Assembly: GCA_045533655.1 (NCBI GenBank)
Contig: JAZSIE010000002.1
Span: 35,069-99,068 of the forward strand
Direction of reading: 5' to 3'
DNA: 64,000 nt
Source: Acutalibacteraceae bacterium
GTDB lineage: Bacteria > Bacillota > Clostridia > Oscillospirales > Acutalibacteraceae
Under the pieces are notes generated by a model. The model saw only the letters and a list, made by a program, of their open reading frames with translations. It was not told the DNA's origin and ran no database searches. The number at the start of each line of letters is the position of its first letter. The stretch's first letter is position 1. The translations under genes and the position numbers were made by a program. Below are positions 9,653-15,990 of this stretch, in pieces.

Positions 9653-12226
9653 GTGTCGAATAAAGATATCGTTCTTGTTATTGATGACGATAGAGTTGAC
9701 AGAGAAATATTGAAAAATATTCTTTCTAAAGACTTTTATGTTGTCGATTATCAAGATGCGCAAGAAGGTTTTGATTTTCTCGCAAGGCATGAACAAGAGG
9801 TTAAATGTGTTGTAGTTGACATCTATATGCCTGGTATGGACGGTTATGGTTTTTTAAAGAAAGTAAACGAAAGCGGCCTAAAAATACCAATTATCGTTAC
9901 TACAAGCGATTTAGGAGAAGATACTCAGGTTAAGGTTTTAGCAGATGGTGCTTGGGATTTTATTACTAAGCCATATAATGCTGAAATAGTTAAGTTAAGA
10001 GTTCAAAACGCTATTATGCGTACCGAATTCTTTGCATTTAAAAAATTAAAATACATAGCTGAGTATGACGTTCTTACAGGTATTTTTAATAAAGATAAAT
10101 TCTTGAAGAAAACAAGAATAATGCTTGATAATAATCCTGATAAGAAATTCGCATTTATCCGTTTTGATATTGACCGTTTCCAATTGGTGAATTCATTCTA
10201 TGGTTCGAGCGAAGGCGACAGAATCATAAAGTATCTCGCAATGGGACTTGAAAATTTAGCAAATCAAAGGTCAAATCTTACTTATGGTAGAATTGAAGCT
10301 GAAGTTTTCGCACTTTGCGGTGAATACGAAACAGAAGAAGAAGTTTACGAACTTATAGAAAAACATATAGAGATAATCAAAAGCTACAACAGAAACTTTG
10401 ACCTTGTTCCCAATTTCGGTGTTTACTTCCTTGACGACTTAACTCTTTCCCCTGGAGTTATGTTAGACAGAGCAACACTTGCCGCTAAAGAATGTAAAGG
10501 CAATTATATTGATACTGTTGGTGTGTTTAAGCCTGAAATGAGTATGAGGCTTGAAAAAGAACAGGAAATCGTTAACGAAATGGTGCAAGCATTACAGGAG
10601 GAACAATTTATTGTTTATCTCCAACCAAAATATTCACTTGAAACAAATGCACCAGCAGGTGCCGAAGCACTTGTAAGATGGATGCACCCTAAAAAGGGTA
10701 TGATTTCACCAGGTCTTTTCATTCCTGTATTTGAAAAGAATGGCTTTATTGAAAGACTTGACCATTACGTATGGGAAGTTATTTGTAAATATTTAAGAAA
10801 ATGGCTCGATGAAGGTATTAAACCACATCCTATTTCTGTTAATATTTCGCGTGTTGATTTATATAACCCACAAATCGTTGAGTTTATTATAGGTCTTGTA
10901 GATAAATATAATCTTCCGCACGAATTGTTCCAACTTGAACTTACAGAAACTGCATATATGGATAACCCACATATTATGAAGCAGGTTGTTTCAGGGCTTA
11001 AAGAAAATGGTTTTACTGTTATGATGGATGACTTTGGAAGCGGGTATTCATCACTCAGTGTTCTTAAAGAAATTGAAGTTGACGTTCTTAAAATTGATAT
11101 GCGTTTCTTCGATAGTACCGGTGCTAATGATGGCAGAAGTGAAAATATTATTGCTTCTGTTGTGCGTATGGCAAAATGGCTCGGTATGCCTGCTGTTGCA
11201 GAAGGTGTTGAAAAAGCAGAACAAGTTAACTTCCTCGGTAGTGTTGGTTGTGAATACGTGCAAGGGTTCTACTTTGCAAGACCAATGCCTATTGATGAAT
11301 ATGAAAAACTTGTGAGAGAAAATAAAGAAAAGACTGTCACCAAAAACGTTGATTTAACAGGTGCTCTTACAATGGATAAGTTGTGGTCATCTGCTCCTGA
11401 AATGGAGATTCTTTTCTCAAATTCTGCTCAACCAAGTGCAATTTGTGAATTTGATGGCAACAAGTTTACATATTTAAGAACCAATAATGCATACAAAGAG
11501 TTGTTTGGTGCCGATGGTGTTTCTGAAGGTAATCCTATGGATTACATCTTCTATGAGTACAAAAATGACGTTCTTGAGGCATTCGCTAATGCAATTAAAA
11601 ACGATGAAATTACAGAGTGTCAATATAAACGTCGTGTACAACAAGGTAATGCTCTCTGGGTTTCAAAGAAACTTCAGTATATTGGTAAAGTTGGCGAAGA
11701 AAAATCTATTTTTGTTGCAAATCTTACTGATATTACTGTTCAGAAAGAAGTTGAAACAGAACTCAGAAAGCTCAAAAAGGTTATGAATAGCGGCAATAAA
11801 GATAAGCCTAAAAAACTTCTTGTTGTTGATGATTCAGAGCTTAGTAGCAGAATTATCAAAGATATTTTTGCTAATAGCTATGAAGTTATGCTTGCAAAGA
11901 ATGGTTTAGAAGGACTTAATCTTTTAAGAGAATATAAAAATGAAGTTGCAGTTGTTCTACTTGATATGGTTATGCCTATTATGGATGGTAAAGAATTCTT
12001 AACACACAAGAATTCTGATGAGGATACCGTAGATATTCCGGTAATTGTTATATCAAGTGAAAATGATGAAGGACTTCAGGTCGATATGCTCCAGATGGGC
12101 GTTAATGACTATATTACAAAGCCATTTGTTGCTGAAGTTATTGCTCGTCGTGTTAAAAATGTTATTGATTACAACGAGCGCTTCAGAAAAATGGTTAAAG
12201 AATATCAAAATATGTCAAAAGATTAA
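9653..12226 (+). CDS. response regulator / c-di-GMP phosphodiesterase: REC-degenerate GGDEF-EAL-PAS-REC
   Basis: GTG start 7 nt after a GGGGG RBS (the ORF track starts at 9605). N-terminal REC (VLVIDDD...VVVDIYMPGMDG...TKP). GGDEF position reads GRIEAEVFAL (degenerate). EAL motifs are intact (GAEALVRW, ELTE, DDFGSGYSSL, KIDMRF, EGVE, QGFYFARP). C-terminal PAS-like segment plus a second REC (LLVVDDS...VLLDMVMPIMDG...TKP). Confidence 0.85.
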   Translation: MSNKDIVLVIDDDRVDREILKNILSKDFYVVDYQDAQEGFDFLARHEQEVKCVVVDIYMPGMDGYGFLKKVNESGLKIPIIVTTSDLGEDTQVKVLADGAWDFITKPYNAEIVKLRVQNAIMRTEFFAFKKLKYIAEYDVLTGIFNKDKFLKKTRIMLDNNPDKKFAFIRFDIDRFQLVNSFYGSSEGDRIIKYLAMGLENLANQRSNLTYGRIEAEVFALCGEYETEEEVYELIEKHIEIIKSYNRNFDLVPNFGVYFLDDLTLSPGVMLDRATLAAKECKGNYIDTVGVFKPEMSMRLEKEQEIVNEMVQALQEEQFIVYLQPKYSLETNAPAGAEALVRWMHPKKGMISPGLFIPVFEKNGFIERLDHYVWEVICKYLRKWLDEGIKPHPISVNISRVDLYNPQIVEFIIGLVDKYNLPHELFQLELTETAYMDNPHIMKQVVSGLKENGFTVMMDDFGSGYSSLSVLKEIEVDVLKIDMRFFDSTGANDGRSENIIASVVRMAKWLGMPAVAEGVEKAEQVNFLGSVGCEYVQGFYFARPMPIDEYEKLVRENKEKTVTKNVDLTGALTMDKLWSSAPEMEILFSNSAQPSAICEFDGNKFTYLRTNNAYKELFGADGVSEGNPMDYIFYEYKNDVLEAFANAIKNDEITECQYKRRVQQGNALWVSKKLQYIGKVGEEKSIFVANLTDITVQKEVETELRKLKKVMNSGNKDKPKKLLVVDDSELSSRIIKDIFANSYEVMLAKNGLEGLNLLREYKNEVAVVLLDMVMPIMDGKEFLTHKNSDEDTVDIPVIVISSENDEGLQVDMLQMGVNDYITKPFVAEVIARRVKNVIDYNERFRKMVKEYQNMSKD

Positions 12227-12240
12227 TTTGACTGCAAAAT

Positions 12241-12274
12241 GATTGTATTAAGCCGTATTTGGTTTAATACAATC
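12241..12274 (+). other. Hairpin between the REC-EAL and Hpt genes (weak terminator or processing site)
   Basis: gattgtattaa / ttaatacaatc 11-bp stem; only a short T tract follows. Confidence 0.35.
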
Positions 12275-12293
12275 ACTTTTGACTTGAGTAGGG

Positions 12294-12659
12294 ATGAGAA
12301 AAAGTATTATGGATAGAGAAATTTTAGAGTCGGTGGAAATTGACTACGCTGAAGCAGAAGAACGTTTTTCTGGTTCAACTGAATTGTTTGAAAAATTCCT
12401 TGAAGAAATTGCGACAATGAATGTTATTGCACCATTACAAAAGGCATTGACCGATGGTGACATAATAAACGCTTTCAAAGTAGCACACACTTTAAAGGGC
12501 AACTTTGGTAATTTGAGTATGAAACCACTTTATAAAATTATTACACCGCTTGTAGAAGCGTTGAGAAGTGAGAATATGCTCGAAGCACAGAAGCTTTATA
12601 TAGAGCTTGAAAAAGAATATGGAATTGTTACCGAAGGAATAAGAAAAGCAATGAAATAA
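12294..12659 (+). CDS. stand-alone Hpt (histidine phosphotransfer) domain protein
   Basis: 121 aa, predicted all-helical. Hpt signature AHTLKGNFGNL with the candidate phospho-His at codon 65 (12486-12488). Start could instead be the ATG at 12309. Confidence 0.75.
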   Translation: MRKSIMDREILESVEIDYAEAEERFSGSTELFEKFLEEIATMNVIAPLQKALTDGDIINAFKVAHTLKGNFGNLSMKPLYKIITPLVEALRSENMLEAQKLYIELEKEYGIVTEGIRKAMK

Positions 12660-12668
12660 ATAATAAAT

Positions 12669-12712
12669 GTGACAAAAAAGGTGTTAGTTTTTGCTAATAT
12701 CTTTTTTGTCAC
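12669..12712. terminator. Hairpin or terminator between convergent genes
   Basis: gtgacaaaaaag / cttttttgtcac stem. Confidence 0.5.
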
Positions 12713-12718
12713 AAAATT

Positions 12719-12758
12719 AAAAGCACCACTCAGATTTGACTAAGTGGTGCTTTTTTTT
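12719..12758. terminator. Bidirectional rho-independent terminator
   Basis: aaagcaccact / agtggtgcttt stem flanked by A- and T-runs. Confidence 0.75.
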
Positions 12759-12762
12759 AATT

Positions 12763-13443
12763 TTATCTTCTTATAGAACCGTAAATAAGGTCTAAGAGAA
12801 TTTCGATAATAGACATTAAATCACGAAGGAATTGATATTCTTCAAATTCAATATCGTAACCTGCAGAACCGTCGATATCTCTTTTGATTTCATAATTACA
12901 TTTAGTACAGAAATTAGATTCTGTTTCATCTCTTGTGAATGTAGAATCATTATTTCTTTCCCATTCTTCATCATCTGAATATTTCCAGATGTGATCTTCC
13001 ATTGAGTCAGGAACAACATAACCACAACCAAAGCATTTTGTGCCATGCTTTGTACTACCAAGACTTGAGTTTTCTTCAAGTCTGTGGTTAACAGTAACTG
13101 GAATGTTAGCAACAAACTGACCATCAAGCGTAACACTTACTTCTTTAACGTCAACAGAAAGGATGTTAGAAGCTTTTGGTGAGAATGTGAAACGATATGA
13201 AATACTGCTTGAATAATAAACAACTTCTAAAACAGAACCTGTTGAATCTTTTATTGTAATAGAAATTCCTTCAGGATCAAATTTTTCGTAATCGTAATAC
13301 TCAGTTTTATATGGTCCAGATGATAATTCAAAAGTATATTTATCATCTGGTGTTGTTTCGTCTGCAGCAAAAGCGATTACTGAAAATACTGAAAGAAGCA
13401 TAAGCACAGAAAGAACTGTAGCTAAAAATCTTTTAGTTTTCAT
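12763..13443 (-). CDS. secreted protein: signal peptide, Ig-like domain, Cys/His module, C-terminal amphipathic helix (paralog 1)
   Basis: 226 aa. Signal peptide ending IAFAADE. P.KTEYY..EKFDPEGI Ig-like start, PVTVNH, then KCFGCG...HIW...TFT...FCTKCN. Confidence 0.7.
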   Translation of the reverse strand: MKTKRFLATVLSVLMLLSVFSVIAFAADETTPDDKYTFELSSGPYKTEYYDYEKFDPEGISITIKDSTGSVLEVVYYSSSISYRFTFSPKASNILSVDVKEVSVTLDGQFVANIPVTVNHRLEENSSLGSTKHGTKCFGCGYVVPDSMEDHIWKYSDDEEWERNNDSTFTRDETESNFCTKCNYEIKRDIDGSAGYDIEFEEYQFLRDLMSIIEILLDLIYGSIRR

Positions 13444-13460
13444 TCAATTACCCTCCGCAA

Positions 13461-14084
13461 TTAGATTAAAGCGAAGCCTTCAACAATAGTTGTAACGAGA
13501 GCTAAAATAGTTACAAGAATGTCGATATTAGCAAAAATTGTTGCATAAGTAGCTGTGCCAGGAATGTATTGGCTGACTGTGTCGCCACAAACTAAGCAAG
13601 TACCTGTTTCTGTTTCGCTTCTTACAAGAGTTGCATCGCCATTAGGAACCCAGTAAGGAACGTCATGGCTTTCATTTTTACAAATAACTCCACAAGCTGA
13701 GCAAATCTGACCGTGGTGGTGGTTGTTTACAGGAACAATTTCGCCACCAGCGTGAGAAACAGTAACTGGAACAAAACCACAAGATTCACCTTTGTAGAAT
13801 ATTTCGATTTCTGTCATGTAAACAGTAAGGTTTTCATCCTTTTCTGTTGTGAATGTGAAGTACTGATAATCTGTGTCATAAGAAACATTTGTTGAACCAT
13901 CACTTATAATAAGTCCGGTTGCATCAAAGCATTCAGCATCAGTGTATTCCGATTTTGTTGGTTGAGTATAAACTGTGTAAACAGAAGTTGGTCTCTCAGT
14001 TTCTTCTGCAGATGCTACCACTGTCATAGAAAGGGCAAGACATACTATTGCCATGACGATAGCAAGAATTTTACGGGTTTTCAT
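13461..14084 (-). CDS. secreted or tail-anchored protein: signal peptide, Ig-like domain, Cys/His module, C-terminal hydrophobic helix (paralog 2)
   Basis: Start moved to the ATG at 14084, 8 nt after GGAGG. Signal peptide ending VVASAEE. P.KSEYTDAECFDATGL, PVTVSH, ICSACG...H..PYW...TGTCLVCG. C-terminal ILVTILALVTTIVEGFALI. Confidence 0.7.
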   Translation of the reverse strand: MKTRKILAIVMAIVCLALSMTVVASAEETERPTSVYTVYTQPTKSEYTDAECFDATGLIISDGSTNVSYDTDYQYFTFTTEKDENLTVYMTEIEIFYKGESCGFVPVTVSHAGGEIVPVNNHHHGQICSACGVICKNESHDVPYWVPNGDATLVRSETETGTCLVCGDTVSQYIPGTATYATIFANIDILVTILALVTTIVEGFALI

Positions 14085-14295
14085 AACAAATTCCTCCAAA
14101 ATGTTATTTTTTTACTACTGCATTATAACACACTTTTTTCTAAATGTAAAGATACAAAATAAAGTATATTGCATAAATTTTTCACTAAATATGGCATTTT
14201 TGTTGTAAAAGGGTGTGTTTTGGTTGACTAAACCCTTAAAAAAATATATAATTAACATAAAATTTTAAAAAAATAAACGAAAAGGTGGAGTTGAT

Positions 14296-14985
14296 TTGCT
14301 AATTAAAGGTTTTCAGAAGTTGACTCTTCTTGACTATCCTGGTAAAACTGCCTGTACAGTATTTACGGGTGGGTGTAATTATCGTTGTCCGTTTTGTCAC
14401 AATGCTGGATTAGTTACTAAATTGGATACAGAAATTATTTCTGAAAGTGAAGTTTTTAACCATTTAGAAAAACGTCAAGGGATATTAGATGGTATTGCAA
14501 TCAGTGGTGGTGAACCATTATTGCAGGGCGATATTGAAGAATTTATGCAAAAAATAAAAGATTTGGGTTATTCAATAAAACTCGACACAAACGGAAGTTT
14601 TCCAGATAAATTAAAGAGTATTATTGATAAAGGTCTTTGTGATTATGTAGCTATGGATATTAAAAATTCAAAAGAACGCTACAATGAAACAATAGGAATT
14701 AATAAATTCGATATATCTTTAATGGAACAAAGCGTAGAAATTCTTATGAATTCAAACGTAGATTTCGAATTCCGTACAACAATAACAAAGAATTTTCATA
14801 CAATAGAAGATATAAAGAAAATAGGCGAGTGGATAAAAGGCACAAAAAAGTATTATCTTCAGAATTTTGTTGATTCGGGTAATCTTATTGATTGTAACGT
14901 AGAAGGTGTTTCTAAGGAAGAAATGCAGAAAATGTTAGAAGCAATTAAAGAATATATACCAACGGCAGAAATTCGCGGTTTATAA
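14296..14985 (+). CDS. nrdG: anaerobic ribonucleoside-triphosphate reductase activating protein (radical SAM)
   Basis: 229 aa. CNYRCPFCHN radical-SAM cluster motif and GGEPLLQ. TTG start after a GGTGGAG RBS. Confidence 0.9.
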   Translation: MLIKGFQKLTLLDYPGKTACTVFTGGCNYRCPFCHNAGLVTKLDTEIISESEVFNHLEKRQGILDGIAISGGEPLLQGDIEEFMQKIKDLGYSIKLDTNGSFPDKLKSIIDKGLCDYVAMDIKNSKERYNETIGINKFDISLMEQSVEILMNSNVDFEFRTTITKNFHTIEDIKKIGEWIKGTKKYYLQNFVDSGNLIDCNVEGVSKEEMQKMLEAIKEYIPTAEIRGL

Positions 14986-15006
14986 TATTGTATAGGGGAA
15001 ATTAAG

Positions 15007-15735
15007 TTGGAGAGAATTTTAGAATTAAAAAGAGAAATTGAAAAGGCTAATAAAATTTGTGTGTTTACTGGTGCGGGTATAAGTTGCCCGTCGGGGATAC
15101 CTGATTTCAGAAGTGCAGACGGCTTATATAATGAAAAGGGTGATTATGAATATTCACCTGAAGAGATGATTTCTCACACATTCTTTGTTAACAATACAAA
15201 ATTATTTTATGATTTTTATAAATCAAAAATGATTTATGAAAATGCAAAGCCCAATAAAGCTCATATTTATTTTGCAAATCTTGAAAAGCAATATAAAAGA
15301 GTGAGTGTAGTTACACAAAATATTGATTCCTTACATACGTTAGCTGGAAGTACCAATGTTTTTGAGATACATGGCAGTGTAAAAAGAAACTATTGTATTT
15401 GTTGTAAAGAGTTTTATGATGAGAAGTATATTTTAGAGTGTGATGGTGTTCCTCATTGTAAAAAATGTGGTGGTATTGTAAAACCTGACGTTGTTCTTTA
15501 TGAAGAAGGTTTGAACCAGAAAACAGTTGAGGGAGCAATCGATGCAATAAGAGAAGCAGAGCTTCTTATTATAATAGGGACGTCGCTTGCGGTTTACCCT
15601 GCGGCTTCGTTTGTTTCTTATTTTAAGGGTGGAAAAATAGCACTTATTAATAAGAATAAGACCGATTTTGATAAAAAAGCCGATATCGTTATATATGACG
15701 ATATTGTGAATGTAATAGAGAAATTAGAAGGTTGA
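15007..15735 (+). CDS. cobB: NAD-dependent protein deacylase, Sir2 family
   Basis: 242 aa. GAGISCPSGIPDFRS, QNIDSLH, HGS, and a Zn ribbon CICC...CKKCGG. Confidence 0.9.
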   Translation: MERILELKREIEKANKICVFTGAGISCPSGIPDFRSADGLYNEKGDYEYSPEEMISHTFFVNNTKLFYDFYKSKMIYENAKPNKAHIYFANLEKQYKRVSVVTQNIDSLHTLAGSTNVFEIHGSVKRNYCICCKEFYDEKYILECDGVPHCKKCGGIVKPDVVLYEEGLNQKTVEGAIDAIREAELLIIIGTSLAVYPAASFVSYFKGGKIALINKNKTDFDKKADIVIYDDIVNVIEKLEG

Positions 15736-15763
15736 ACACAAGATATTGTGTTCAACTTTTTTC
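15731..15763 (+). terminator. Rho-independent terminator after cobB
   Basis: gttgaacacaa / ttgtgttcaac stem followed by TTTTTT. Confidence 0.85.
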
Positions 15764-15842
15764 TATAAAAATCAGATTTTGCGAAATTTGTCGTAAAATG
15801 ACCAAAAGAAAACTGTAATATATGTGCATATTGCATATAAAA

Positions 15843-15858
15843 ATCAATATCTTGTGAT
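15843..15858. promoter_or_regulatory. Possible third (degenerate) NrdR box
   Basis: atcaatatcttgtgat matches the palindrome of box 1 at 11 of 14 positions; its centre is about 41 bp upstream of box 1. Confidence 0.25.
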
Positions 15859-15884
15859 TTTGACCTAAAAAAAGTTGATTTTAA

Positions 15885-15900
15885 CCACAATATATTGTGA
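15885..15900. promoter_or_regulatory. NrdR box 1
   Basis: ccACAATATATTGTga contains the perfect palindrome cacaata/tattgtg, matching the NrdR-box consensus acaCwAtATaTwgtgt. Confidence 0.6.
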
Positions 15901-15908
15901 TTTTTCTA

Positions 15909-15937
15909 TTGACAACACGAAATATATCTGTTATTAT
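15909..15937 (+). promoter_or_regulatory. Candidate sigma-A promoter of nrdD
   Basis: TTGACA (15909-15914), 17-nt spacer, TATTAT (15932-15937). Confidence 0.55.
15914..15931. promoter_or_regulatory. NrdR box 2, overlapping the promoter spacer
   Basis: aACACGAAATATATCTGT; its centre is about 30-31 bp from box 1, as in the usual tandem arrangement. Confidence 0.5.
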
Positions 15938-15990
15938 CCTATATGCTAACGAAAAACGAAAAGAAATATAATTTTAAGGAGAAAGAAATA

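Noticed and set aside
15007-15735. The Sir2-domain gene as a possible defence-system component (Thoeris/DSR-like)
   Set aside because: It is a compact 242-aa CobB-type deacylase with a Zn ribbon and all sirtuin catalytic motifs. It has no fused effector or sensor domain and no partner defence genes, and it sits between nrdG and nrdD.
15943-15990. N-terminal extensions in the ORF track (nrdD 15943; also 9605, 37057, 61538, 61748, 25288, 30791, 58276, 55577, 42214, 14099, 22243)
   Set aside because: In each case an internal start with a good Shine-Dalgarno sequence gives the canonical family N-terminus or a proper signal peptide. The extension encodes implausible sequence or covers the RBS.
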